From IMG/VR virus record IMGVR_UViG_3300045988_097494, positions 1 through 41,417 of that record: a stretch of 41,417 bases of DNA; one strand, 5' to 3'. Numbering within the stretch: position 1 is the first letter of the stretch; each line of letters starts with the position of its first letter. Origin of the DNA: a virus. The translations under genes were made by a program, and so were the position numbers. Below the pieces are notes generated by a model, which worked only from the letters and a program-made list of their open reading frames with translations, did no database searches and had not been told where the DNA came from. Positions 21,368 through 30,719 of this stretch are shown here, one piece after another.

Positions 21368-23443
21368 TCAGTCTCCTCGCTTCCTCAACGTGAACACGCG
21401 AGCGTCCGGGGACACCCACTGTGACTTGTCGACCACGCCCTTGTCTGGCGGGTATGGGCCTGTCTCCACCAAGGAGACCGCAACCTGCGTCATGGCATCC
21501 GACAGCTTCTGAGTCTCCTTCAACGCCTCGGCGCGGGCAGCGCGCTGAAGAACATCGCTGGCTGCGATCTTCTCCTCAACCGAACGAACGATCGCGTTCG
21601 TGTCAATGGACTGCTCGAGAGTGATGGTCGCTTTGGGGCCCCACTCGGACTTGTTGCCAGCTCGATCATACGCGCGAAGGCAGACCTCGTAGTCGCGAAT
21701 CTCCAGGCCGGCAATAGCCGTGCGCTGCATTGGGGTAATCATGTCCGCGAACTTCGCTGGGGGGCGCCCGGGGTGCTGCACTGACACCTCAACGCCAGCG
21801 AAGTCGGCAGGCATGCTCTGCCCGTTCTGGGCAGAATAGTCCCACCACACCTGGAGGACACCCAGAGACTGCGACAGGGTCGGCTTCGACGGCACCGGCG
21901 GCGGCTCCCTATCCGACTCCGTAGTCAGGACAAGGGGCTGCGACCATGCGCCCGTTGCGTTAGCGCTCTGCGCGCGAACCGAGAACCGGTACTCCGTCCC
22001 CGGGAGCAGAGGGCCCACGGTGGCCTTAGTGACGTCTGCGCCGCGCACAACCATGGACCCGGCGATGCTCGTCCCGAACATGGCCAGCTGCCACGACACC
22101 TCATAGGAGACCACATCGACAGCGTTGCCGAGGGTGTCCGTGTCTACGCGCCCCCACTGGAGGTCTACGAGGGCGCGCACCCACCCCTCTGAGTTGGTGA
22201 CAGCGCGACTAGAGCCGACCAGCCCCTGCGGGGGTAACGGCCAGTACTTGGATGTCGGAGTCGAGGGACGTACGCCGCTACCGGACGTGGAGGCGAGACC
22301 CACAATGCCCTTCGTACGCTTCGTCAGGCGCCCCAGGAGGCTATCCAAGACAGTGCCGAAGGTGGTGTGGCCGACGACCATGCCGTTCTTCTGGGTGACG
22401 CTGATCTGGGCGACCTGAAGGCGCTCCATGCCATCGGCGCGCTCCACCATGATCCAGTCGCCGAGCCGGTAGTCCACCCACGGGAGGAGGTGCACATCGG
22501 TGGCGGCCCACTCACGCTTAATCTCCTCGCTCACGTGCGCCCCAGACTTGAGGGTGGCTTCGGCGACCAGGCGGGCCGTGGATTCGAGCTCCACGCCACC
22601 GGCCTCCACAACCTTCTCGACGCGCCGCATCCCCCTGGGAGCAAGGTCGTTATGGATGAGCCAGGTCCTACCGCCCTCCCCCTTCACTAGGACGTCAGTG
22701 CACATATCCGCCCAGGTTGCCGCCTCAGGGGCCCCCATGAGCGTGGTAGCGAGCGGCCAACGCTTCGACGAGGTGAGGTCCCTCGCCTGAGTCGTGTCGG
22801 CGTTGTACACCTTGAAGGTGCGCCCCTGCCACACCGTGTCGATCATGCCGAGATTGCGGAGGGAGTCGACGATCTGGAGGAGGCTGATCGTGGGGTCGAA
22901 GTAGAGGGTGACGATCTTCGCCCAGTCCTGATTGGCGGAGTCCTTCACGGTGTTGGCGTCCAGGGTGAGGCCGCTGCCCCAGCCGCGCTTGACGGCGTTC
23001 TGCCATACCGTACTGATGATCGCCCCCGCGTTCCGGGATAGGAACTTGAACTTGCCGTCCTTGTCCTTCGACTCAACAGGGACGGACCAGACGAGCGCCT
23101 CCTTCAGGTAGTCGCTGACGTGGATGGCCTCGACCTTGCGGGAGTCGGTGCCGTCGTTGACGAGGTTGTGCTCGGTCTTCTGGGTGATGAACCTCGCGTC
23201 GGGAAGCTCCTCCCAGTCTGACCCGTTGAAGGTGGCCTCCACTGCCACCTCGACCTCGCGCTCAAGGACGCTACCGCGGATGGCGTTCGGTCCCGGCGCG
23301 TAGGTCATGGACAGGGTGGGGGTCTTCCCCCTGGGCGTGGTGACCGTCATCTCGAGGATGTCGGGTACGACACCGATCTTCGCGCCCTGCACCTCGTAGG
23401 CGACGGCGCGCAGCTGCATCCCGGGGAAGTAGTCGCGGCGCAT
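21368..23443 (-). CDS. Tail-associated (Tal-like) minor tail protein with fibronectin type III-like repeats
   Basis: 691 aa immediately after Dit. FN3-like segments YEVSWQ...GTEYRFSVRAQSANATGAWS and YEVCLRAYDRAGNKSEW. Confidence 0.6.
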   Translation of the reverse strand: MRRDYFPGMQLRAVAYEVQGAKIGVVPDILEMTVTTPRGKTPTLSMTYAPGPNAIRGSVLEREVEVAVEATFNGSDWEELPDARFITQKTEHNLVNDGTDSRKVEAIHVSDYLKEALVWSVPVESKDKDGKFKFLSRNAGAIISTVWQNAVKRGWGSGLTLDANTVKDSANQDWAKIVTLYFDPTISLLQIVDSLRNLGMIDTVWQGRTFKVYNADTTQARDLTSSKRWPLATTLMGAPEAATWADMCTDVLVKGEGGRTWLIHNDLAPRGMRRVEKVVEAGGVELESTARLVAEATLKSGAHVSEEIKREWAATDVHLLPWVDYRLGDWIMVERADGMERLQVAQISVTQKNGMVVGHTTFGTVLDSLLGRLTKRTKGIVGLASTSGSGVRPSTPTSKYWPLPPQGLVGSSRAVTNSEGWVRALVDLQWGRVDTDTLGNAVDVVSYEVSWQLAMFGTSIAGSMVVRGADVTKATVGPLLPGTEYRFSVRAQSANATGAWSQPLVLTTESDREPPPVPSKPTLSQSLGVLQVWWDYSAQNGQSMPADFAGVEVSVQHPGRPPAKFADMITPMQRTAIAGLEIRDYEVCLRAYDRAGNKSEWGPKATITLEQSIDTNAIVRSVEEKIAASDVLQRAARAEALKETQKLSDAMTQVAVSLVETGPYPPDKGVVDKSQWVSPDARVFTLRKRGD

Positions 23444-24225
23444 CAGTAGGCCCTCCTCGCCTGAATGGCCCCCGTCGCGCCGGTTACCTGGAGGACGATC
23501 TTGCCTTCATGGTTGGGGGTGAGCTGGAAACCACTCGGTGACATGCTGATCTCCGACGCTCTGCTAGGCGATCCAGGCACGGGCCCCCACCGCTCAGACA
23601 CCTGCCTCCAGGCGTCATAGCGGGCCACGTCAATGAGGAGCCTCTGCCCCGGCTCCATGGTTCCCCGCCAGGTGATCGACGAACCGGACGCCTGATCGAC
23701 AATAGTGCACGTATTGGCGGTAGGGGCGAGCTTCAGGAGGGCATCGGTGATGGGGGCGGCGCCCCCAGCTAGACGACTCAGGTCACCCAGTGAGGTCTCG
23801 ATGGCTGTAGTGTCTCTCCAGACACCCTCCACGGCCTCGAACACGACCGTGACGTCAATGGCCCACTCTCCATACCTCCAGGTAGGCTGAGATACGCTCA
23901 CGAGCCGCACGAGCGCCTCCCTGGGGCTAACGCCTGCCGGGTGATGCTGGAGGGTAGCCAGCTTGTTTGAGGCCCTCAGAATAGCCATGAGCGCCTGGAA
24001 GTTGCGATCCAGGTCGGCTCGGTCTGCCCCCTCAACCATGAACGCGACCGTCACCTTGAAGGTATCCACCTTCAAGCCAGCACCATCGAGAATGCCGCTA
24101 CGGAATGGAACCTCCGTGCTCGCGAGACGAGGCGCCGGGACTGCAGGGAGGAGCGTCCCCTCCATGACGCGCCACTTCCCCGGCCGATCCAGGTCAACCC
24201 CATTCAGGGAGTACTCACTGCTCAT
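23443..24225 (-). CDS. Distal tail protein (Dit-like)
   Basis: 260 aa directly downstream of the tape measure gene, in the position typical of siphovirus Dit. Confidence 0.55.
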   Translation of the reverse strand: MSSEYSLNGVDLDRPGKWRVMEGTLLPAVPAPRLASTEVPFRSGILDGAGLKVDTFKVTVAFMVEGADRADLDRNFQALMAILRASNKLATLQHHPAGVSPREALVRLVSVSQPTWRYGEWAIDVTVVFEAVEGVWRDTTAIETSLGDLSRLAGGAAPITDALLKLAPTANTCTIVDQASGSSITWRGTMEPGQRLLIDVARYDAWRQVSERWGPVPGSPSRASEISMSPSGFQLTPNHEGKIVLQVTGATGAIQARRAY

Positions 24226-24234
24226 GACACCATC

Positions 24235-27200
24235 CTAGATGCTCGACGCAAGACGGATGCCATCAGCGACGTCATCCCGGGTCTTGGAGTCACTCTGCGC
24301 CTGCGGGTAGTAGTTGGTGATGTTGACGGTCCCACCACTGGATGCCTTGCTGCCCGCAGTTACGGACGAGAGAGTATTCAGGGCGTCCCGGGACGGCTTG
24401 GCCTTCTCAAACGACGGGGCCACGTGCGCGGCAATATCCGGCGAGATGTCGTTAGCCAGGTCGTCCGTGAACCCCTCCAGAGAGTCTCTGACCGCATCAT
24501 ACTGGGACTCGAGCCCATCGATGAAGCCCTGCATGACAAGACGTCCAGCATCCCTCAGGATGACCTTATCGACCGGGGCGGGCCCCTTCCATGATGGCAG
24601 GTATGACGTCAGGGAGGACAGCTTGTTCTGGACGGAACTGAACATTGAGGAGAGGCCGTCGATGAAGCCCTGAATGACGCTCTTACCCGCATTCCACAAC
24701 CAGGATGCCGCATTGGAGAATACGTTCTTAACGTTATTCGGGATGTTGCGGACAGTGTTCATCATATTGTTAACCCAGGTGACAACCGTGCTCACAATAC
24801 CACTCCACATGGATGCTGTAGCGTTCCTAATGAACGACCATCCATCACTTACGAGCCTACGGGCACTGCTGATAGCATTGCTGATGGTCGAGGTGATCCA
24901 GTTCCACACGGACTTGATCGTGTTCAACACCGCATTCCAGGCCGTAGATGCCATAGACATGATGCTATTGCCGAAGATGCCGAACTGACCCTTGATGATG
25001 TTCCAGAGCCCCTCACCGATCGTCTTGATGCCATTCCAAGCACCAGACCAGTCACCCTTAATGACCGCGAGCACAGTCTCAATGATGCCCTTGATTACCA
25101 GGATGGCGCCCTTAACGGTCGACATGATCCCATTCCACGACGCCATCACCAGCGGCATCAGCCACTGCATCACCTGCCCCACAAGCTGAATCGCCGGAAT
25201 CAGGGCAGACGCCAGCAACTGAATGAGCTGAGAGATGGGGGGAAGAATCTGCGGCAGGTACTCGGCGATGATGGGAGCCAGCTGGGCAATGATCTCCGAG
25301 ATGACCGGAATCAGAGCCTGAATCACCGGGAGGAGCGCAGCAGACAGTTGCTCGATGATCGGCGTGAGGATCGGAACCAGCTGCTGGAAGATCGGGGCGA
25401 GACCCTCTACAAGCTGCGCCACCAGGGGGGCGATAGCCGCAAGCAAGGTTCCCGCGACCGTGGCGATAGCCCCGAACGCCTCGCCCAGCGCAGGCATCGC
25501 AGGCGCGAGAGCCTGAACAGCCGTCAGGAGGCCGTTGAAGAAGTTGATGAGGCCCTCCTGGAACGCCGGATTCTCCAGGGCTGTGGCGATACCCGTCAGG
25601 GCCGTCTTCAAAGTCTCACCGAGCATCGGGAGGATTTTCGCCAGGGTCGGCTCGAGCGACACGAACGTGTCCCCAAGTCTACCCACGCCCTGAAACGCCA
25701 GGCCCGCAGCGGTCGCCATCGACGAGAACAGGCTAGTCAGAGTACTCTGAAACAGGGGGCCATTCACGGCCTTGTTCGCCTTGTCCAGAGCCTCCGCAAT
25801 GGAATCGATAGGGGCAGACCCGTTCGCCATCGCCGTGAACAGGCCACCAATGATACCGCCCAGGTCTACGGTGATGTCCTTGAGCGTGCCGAACGCCTTA
25901 GCGGCCGACTGGATCGCCTGATCCATCTTCCCCGACTCGGCGGCCTTCGTAGCCCACGCCTCAAACGAGGCAGCCAGGTTGTTCGCCCACTGGGCGATGC
26001 TCGGCAGATACTTCGCCCCCACCTCACCCATGGTGAGGATGCCGTTCGTGAACGAGGCCGCCCCCGTTGACCCGATCGCTAGAGCCTGAGTCAAGTAGGA
26101 CAGGGACTGCTGGAAGCCATCAATATGTCCACTGGCGGCGTTCGCGATGGCCGCCGTCATCGACCCCAACGCAGAAGCAACACCCTGGAGGGCGGGGGTG
26201 AGCTCCAGGATCGCGACGTTAGCGAAGTCCCGGATAGGCTGCGCAGCCTGCTCCCAGTAGGCGCCAGAGATTTGCTTCTGGAGGTTCTCGAACGAGGGGC
26301 CGAGGTCCTCGAGCACTGTCTTCGCGTCCTTGAGTGCGACGATGAGCACACCGGCGCCAGCGGCGGCGGCGCCGAAGATGCCAGGCAGGGCCAGCAGCGC
26401 GGGTGTCGACTTGGCGATACCCACGCTCACGGAGGCCAGGACGCCAAGGCCGCTGCCGATAGTGGACACGGCGCCGCCCACGAGGGTGGCGACAGTGCCA
26501 AGCTTCACTGACGCCGTATCCAGGTTGCGCAGGAAGTCATTCAGGTTGCGCCCAATGGACTCGAACACGTTCCCGCCAGCTAGCGCTTTCAGCTGGGCGG
26601 CCACGCGGGCTAGAGACGTCTTGGCCAGGCGGACATGGATGTCCACCCACCGGGGGTGAACCAGGCGCTTAAGGTCGAACCGGGCTTTCCCGTCATCCAG
26701 GTCGGCGTTCACGGTAGCCTTGCCGTCGAGCTTGCCGAGCTCGTGCTTGATCTTCTTCTTCTGCTCCTCGGAGAGCTTCGCGTGCACCTCGACATCCGCC
26801 TTAATGGCGGCGATGCGCGCCTGGAGCTCCTTCGCGGCGACGGCATCCAGCTTGGCTTTGGCTGGAATGTCTGCCTTGAGGGCGTTCAGCCTCGCCTGGA
26901 ACTGGCGGAATGACCTCTCGTTAACGGTCAGGCCAGCCTTGACGTCACCGGCAGCGCGCTCCACATCCCGCTTGAGCTTAGCGATATCTCCGGGACGAGT
27001 GGACAGGTTAATGGAGGTGCGGATGCTGTCTAGCCGATCCTCAAGCTTCTTCTTCTGCTCCTCAGAGAGGTTCGCATTGACCTTCACTTCGGACTTGATC
27101 TGCTGAATCTTCTTCCGCAGAGCCTCCAACTGGCCAGACTTGAGGTCAACCTCCGCCTTGAAGCGGACATCCGACTTCGCGGCCTCCTCGCGGGCCTTCT

Positions 27201-27369
27201 TGAGTGACTCCTTGTCGAGCTTCACCTCAGCATTGAAGGTGATTTCAAGGTCCTTGACCTGCTTCTGGATTCGCTTCAGGTCTCGGCGGAGCTTCTTTGC
27301 GAAGTCAGAAAGGTCGGGGACGACCTTCACGGAGAGCTTACCTACCGTACCCTTACCGGCCATCTCCAA
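24235..27369 (-). CDS. Tape measure protein
   Basis: 1044 aa. Charged coiled-coil N-terminus with repeated LSEEQKKK, then a long Ala/Gly/Ile-rich helical region. It lies downstream of the G/G-T chaperones. Confidence 0.9.
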   Translation of the reverse strand: MEMAGKGTVGKLSVKVVPDLSDFAKKLRRDLKRIQKQVKDLEITFNAEVKLDKESLKKAREEAAKSDVRFKAEVDLKSGQLEALRKKIQQIKSEVKVNANLSEEQKKKLEDRLDSIRTSINLSTRPGDIAKLKRDVERAAGDVKAGLTVNERSFRQFQARLNALKADIPAKAKLDAVAAKELQARIAAIKADVEVHAKLSEEQKKKIKHELGKLDGKATVNADLDDGKARFDLKRLVHPRWVDIHVRLAKTSLARVAAQLKALAGGNVFESIGRNLNDFLRNLDTASVKLGTVATLVGGAVSTIGSGLGVLASVSVGIAKSTPALLALPGIFGAAAAGAGVLIVALKDAKTVLEDLGPSFENLQKQISGAYWEQAAQPIRDFANVAILELTPALQGVASALGSMTAAIANAASGHIDGFQQSLSYLTQALAIGSTGAASFTNGILTMGEVGAKYLPSIAQWANNLAASFEAWATKAAESGKMDQAIQSAAKAFGTLKDITVDLGGIIGGLFTAMANGSAPIDSIAEALDKANKAVNGPLFQSTLTSLFSSMATAAGLAFQGVGRLGDTFVSLEPTLAKILPMLGETLKTALTGIATALENPAFQEGLINFFNGLLTAVQALAPAMPALGEAFGAIATVAGTLLAAIAPLVAQLVEGLAPIFQQLVPILTPIIEQLSAALLPVIQALIPVISEIIAQLAPIIAEYLPQILPPISQLIQLLASALIPAIQLVGQVMQWLMPLVMASWNGIMSTVKGAILVIKGIIETVLAVIKGDWSGAWNGIKTIGEGLWNIIKGQFGIFGNSIMSMASTAWNAVLNTIKSVWNWITSTISNAISSARRLVSDGWSFIRNATASMWSGIVSTVVTWVNNMMNTVRNIPNNVKNVFSNAASWLWNAGKSVIQGFIDGLSSMFSSVQNKLSSLTSYLPSWKGPAPVDKVILRDAGRLVMQGFIDGLESQYDAVRDSLEGFTDDLANDISPDIAAHVAPSFEKAKPSRDALNTLSSVTAGSKASSGGTVNITNYYPQAQSDSKTRDDVADGIRLASSI

Positions 27370-27375
27370 CCTTCC

Positions 27376-28049
27376 TTAACCTAGCGTCGCAAACAGGGCC
27401 GCAACCCCAGCGGCATCACTCGATGATATCACCGTCGCTTTCCCCTTAGATGGGCGCGGCATCGTCTCAGAATCACTCAAGGACGCCTTACTGACGGCAG
27501 TCGCCTTAGTGAGGAGCGCTAGCCTATCCAATGCCTCATTCAGTCTCTCAGAGTCATGCGAGTAGCCGAACCACTGATCTCCACCCAGTTCGTTCGCCCT
27601 ATACATGCTCCAAGGCTCGTGCGGTAGGCGCTCAAGAAGCTGAGTCACGAGAGACACCCGATAGTCGCCGTGGACGTCAATCCGGTACAGCGCCCAGAAG
27701 TCAGCGGCAGCCTCCGGGTGCCTCTCGAAAAACTCGTCTAGTTCTTGGCGCCTGCGGCTTCCCCCGCGTAGGCCATGACGAGGTTGACGACATCCTCGAG
27801 GTCAGACTCCTCATAGAACTTATCCCACGCATCGAGGTCGACGATGAAGCCGCCAGCCTCGAGGGCCTCCATGACGTCCGCAAGCACGGCGAGCAGGTTC
27901 ACCGACTCGGCACCCTCACCCATGATGGGCTCCAGTGCGGACGTGAGCCGCATCCGCTTCGACGGGCGCAGAGCATGCGGAGAAACGAAGAGCTCATGTC
28001 CCTTAAGGGTGGAGAACTCGGGAAGCTTGTCGACCTTCTTGGTGGCCAT
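27376..28049 (-). CDS. Tail assembly chaperone G-T fusion via -1 programmed frameshift
   Basis: The -1 frame is open from at least 27780 down to 27376, by hand translation (..RGGSRRRQELDEFFERHPEAAADFW..). The total length fits 225 codons with one nucleotide re-read. The candidate slip site is GGGGGAA at 27759-27765. Confidence 0.55.
27738..28049 (-). CDS. Tail assembly chaperone (gpG-like)
   Basis: 103 aa, acidic, between the major tail protein and the tape measure. The ATG at 28049 has RBS ggaaggaaacgctATG. Confidence 0.7.
   Translation of the reverse strand: MATKKVDKLPEFSTLKGHELFVSPHALRPSKRMRLTSALEPIMGEGAESVNLLAVLADVMEALEAGGFIVDLDAWDKFYEESDLEDVVNLVMAYAGEAAGAKN
27759..27765 (-). other. Candidate slippery sequence G-GGG-GAA
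   Basis: A run of five G followed by AA, 19 nt upstream of the gpG stop. It is not a canonical X-XXY-YYZ heptamer. Confidence 0.35.
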
Positions 28050-28136
28050 AGCGTTTCCTTCCAGCGGGGTGTTCGGGGTGTTGGAAGGGGCGCCGCCACA
28101 CACCCCTACATGGGGGCGCCCCTAGTATATCGGCCG

Positions 28137-28958
28137 TCAGTTGACGGTGAACTGCTTCGCGTCCGAGACGCCGACGTTGTTCGTGACAGTGATGTTCTGG
28201 GCGCCAGAGGTCACGCCACGAGGAACGTAGGTGGTGATCTGCGTAGCGGAGTCCTTCTCGAACGCGGCGACCACGTTCCCGAACTTCACCTCTCGGACGC
28301 CATCGAAGTTGGTTCCGGCGATCACGACCTTCGCCCCAACAGCCCCAGTGGCGGGGGTGACGGTGGTAATGGTCGGCTTCGCGGTTCCGACACCGGTGAC
28401 GGTGCGCGGCTCCAGCATCTGGACTCGAGTCTTCCCGGAGTTCGGGGAGAGCAGGGTGCCGGCGATCTTGACCTCAGTGAAGTTGTCCAGCGACAGAGAG
28501 GGCATGTTACCTGCGAGGGAGACGCGCCGGAACAGGTAGCCGGAGACGATACGACCGTCCTCCACGACCACGAGGATGGCGCGCTCACTGGAGGCATCCA
28601 GCTCAATATCCCAGGCGCGCTTCACCGGGTCGTAGGTGGAGCCTGGGAACGCCACCTTCATGACGTCCTCACCGAGGTTGACGGCGTTGATCGTGACCTT
28701 GTTGGTGACATCCTCGCGCGTGGAGCGGACACCCTGACGGTCCCAGGTCCGCTTCGTGGAGGTGTCACCGCCATCGGACTCGAATTCAATCAGATTCTCC
28801 GAGGAGGTGTCACCAAGCCAGGTCCACCCGTCACCCTCCAGGGTGGTGCCGTCACCGAAGGTGTACCCGTCGAGGTTCGGCGCCTCAGCGTCATTCACGG
28901 CGTAGTAGACGTGGCCGCGACCCGCGATCTGAATCTTGCTGTTTCCGAGGTTAGCCAT
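28137..28958 (-). CDS. Major tail protein with C-terminal Ig-like (IPT/TIG-type) domain
   Basis: 273 aa from the ATG at 28958 (MANLGNSKIQIAGRGHVYYA). The C-terminal segment PTITTVTPATGAVGAKVVIAGTNFDGVREVKFGNVVAAF...ITVTNNVGVSD is IPT/TIG-like. Confidence 0.75.
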   Translation of the reverse strand: MANLGNSKIQIAGRGHVYYAVNDAEAPNLDGYTFGDGTTLEGDGWTWLGDTSSENLIEFESDGGDTSTKRTWDRQGVRSTREDVTNKVTINAVNLGEDVMKVAFPGSTYDPVKRAWDIELDASSERAILVVVEDGRIVSGYLFRRVSLAGNMPSLSLDNFTEVKIAGTLLSPNSGKTRVQMLEPRTVTGVGTAKPTITTVTPATGAVGAKVVIAGTNFDGVREVKFGNVVAAFEKDSATQITTYVPRGVTSGAQNITVTNNVGVSDAKQFTVN

Positions 28959-29395
28959 CAGGCCCCCTTCCTGGCCGTCACCTGAAGGGACGAAACCATG
29001 TTGATGTAGTCGGCAGTGGTTCCCATGTCCGTTTCCGGCGTGGGCAGCTGGGTCCACTCAAGGTAAGTGGCCCAGCCTTCGGAGGTCACCATTCCTGACC
29101 TCCAAGCTTTCTCAATGGCCTGCACGAGGGCGTCACTCGCGTCTGACACCTCATCCCCATCTGGGCCAGTCATATACAGGCGAGCCCTGATCTGGGTTGC
29201 AGCGAACGTCGGGCCCGAGGGGTGGATGCGCGAGATGGTCATCTGGACGCGGCACACGAGCTCATTCATGGGGTCATCCACGTCACCATGCGTGCGCCAC
29301 ACGATCCGGGAGAGGATCGGCCACTCGGCGGCGCCAGCGGCGGCAGCATCCTGCACGTACCGGTAGATGAACGGGAGGGGGGCAACGAACGACAC
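28958..29395 (-). CDS. Tail terminator / tail completion protein
   Basis: 145 aa, immediately upstream of the major tail protein. Assigned by position. Confidence 0.45.
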   Translation of the reverse strand: MSFVAPLPFIYRYVQDAAAAGAAEWPILSRIVWRTHGDVDDPMNELVCRVQMTISRIHPSGPTFAATQIRARLYMTGPDGDEVSDASDALVQAIEKAWRSGMVTSEGWATYLEWTQLPTPETDMGTTADYINMVSSLQVTARKGA

Positions 29396-29742
29396 TAGAA
29401 CCCCCCATTCGCGTGCACGACGCCACGCATAACGTTGATCCCGGGAACCCAGGTACGGTGCTTGGCGTTGTCGCGCTTCGTTCGGCGCCCCTGGGCATCC
29501 TGGTAGACGTAGTGGCCGAACTCGACCGCCGCGTCATGGTCAGTGGACGGGGAGATGGACCAGTCCACCTTCCCCTGCTCCAGGCTGAACGACGCAGACA
29601 GCTCGCCCGTCTGAATATGGGCCGCAGCGGCAGCCTCAATCTCCGCGTACACCTTCGCGGCGGCGGCAGCGAACTCTGGCTGGCGGGCCACGACGGCGGC
29701 GATGTCTTCGTGCACATCCTCAGTGTCGTACGCCTCGATCAC
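29395..29742 (-). CDS. HK97 gp10-like neck protein
   Basis: 115 aa. Size, position and the C-terminal VEFGH...WVPGINVMRG pattern fit the HK97 gp10 family. Confidence 0.5.
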   Translation of the reverse strand: MIEAYDTEDVHEDIAAVVARQPEFAAAAAKVYAEIEAAAAAHIQTGELSASFSLEQGKVDWSISPSTDHDAAVEFGHYVYQDAQGRRTKRDNAKHRTWVPGINVMRGVVHANGGF

Positions 29743-30146
29743 TTCGCCTCCGTTCCGAGCGTGTCGCAGCGCACTGACCAGTGACGGGTCATCGGGGAGG
29801 CATCGTAGGTGAGGGGCTCACCAGCCTGCTGGAACGTCTTCCCCACCAGCGACTCAGGACCCTTGATGATCTTCACCCACGAGTGGGGGCCACCCGGCCA
29901 CTTCCGGCCAGTACCGAAAATCTTCAGAGTGGTCTCGTCCGTGAGGTCACCGCGGATCACGCGGTTCTCAGTGGCCTTCAGGGCGTTACCAGCCGACGGC
30001 TGCACGAGCACCTTGTCGATCACGAAGGTCTCCCCCCGCTCGAACCGGCGCCCCGTGCGCCCCTCCTTGACGACAGCGAGCGTCACCTCCACAACGTGGG
30101 GGCCATTCTCAAGGTAGCGCCCACGACGAGGCCGGAAACCTACCAT
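29739..30146 (-). CDS. Head closure / head-tail joining protein
   Basis: 135 aa. Position and beta-rich composition are typical of head-tail joining proteins. Confidence 0.5.
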   Translation of the reverse strand: MVGFRPRRGRYLENGPHVVEVTLAVVKEGRTGRRFERGETFVIDKVLVQPSAGNALKATENRVIRGDLTDETTLKIFGTGRKWPGGPHSWVKIIKGPESLVGKTFQQAGEPLTYDASPMTRHWSVRCDTLGTEAK

Positions 30147-30649
30147 AGCGTCACCTCATCCTCGTCATACACGGGGTGATCCCCAGCGAACTCAAGGGCA
30201 GACGGGCCACGCAGGTACGTCGGGTCCACAGTCAGAGGCCCCTCCAGAGCGTCCAGGAGGTGGGTGCGGCGCGCATAGCCATCCATCTCAGCCCCGGCCA
30301 CACCCCAGCCAGAGGTGCCAGCCTCAAGTGCCCGCCAGTCACGATCAGTGATCTCCAGGACGCCGGAAGCGACAGCCTGGTTCACCGAGTAGGTGTATGT
30401 GCCCTCAGTCTCATACTTAAACAAGCCGCCGCCAGGGGCTCTAAGGACACGGGAGACCGACTCGGCCTCCACCATCCGCATGATGATCGAGAAGCTGTAG
30501 TCGACGCGACACCGGTTCACGGCGTCAGGCATGCGCGACAGGATTAGGGCCTCAGCCCTGTCCAGAAGAGCCTGCACCCAGGTCTTCTCGTCATCCTCCA
30601 GGTACCGCATAAGCGACCCCTGCACGTCATCCAGTGTTGCTGCCGTCAC
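30140..30649 (-). CDS. Head-tail connector (gp6-like adaptor)
   Basis: 169 aa, the first gene after the major capsid gene. GTG start with RBS gaggaggtggagaaGTG. Confidence 0.5.
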   Translation of the reverse strand: MTAATLDDVQGSLMRYLEDDEKTWVQALLDRAEALILSRMPDAVNRCRVDYSFSIIMRMVEAESVSRVLRAPGGGLFKYETEGTYTYSVNQAVASGVLEITDRDWRALEAGTSGWGVAGAEMDGYARRTHLLDALEGPLTVDPTYLRGPSALEFAGDHPVYDEDEVTLW

Positions 30650-30680
30650 TTCTCCACCTCCTCAGAAACTCTGGCCACGG

Positions 30681-30712
30681 GGTGGCCGCCAACCAAAACG
30701 CCAGCGGCCACC
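30681..30712 (-). terminator. Hairpin just downstream of the major capsid gene (possible attenuator)
   Basis: 9-bp stem ggtggccgc / gcggccacc with a 14-nt loop, in the 70-nt gap between the capsid gene and the connector gene. Confidence 0.45.
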
Positions 30713-30719
30713 ACACGGG

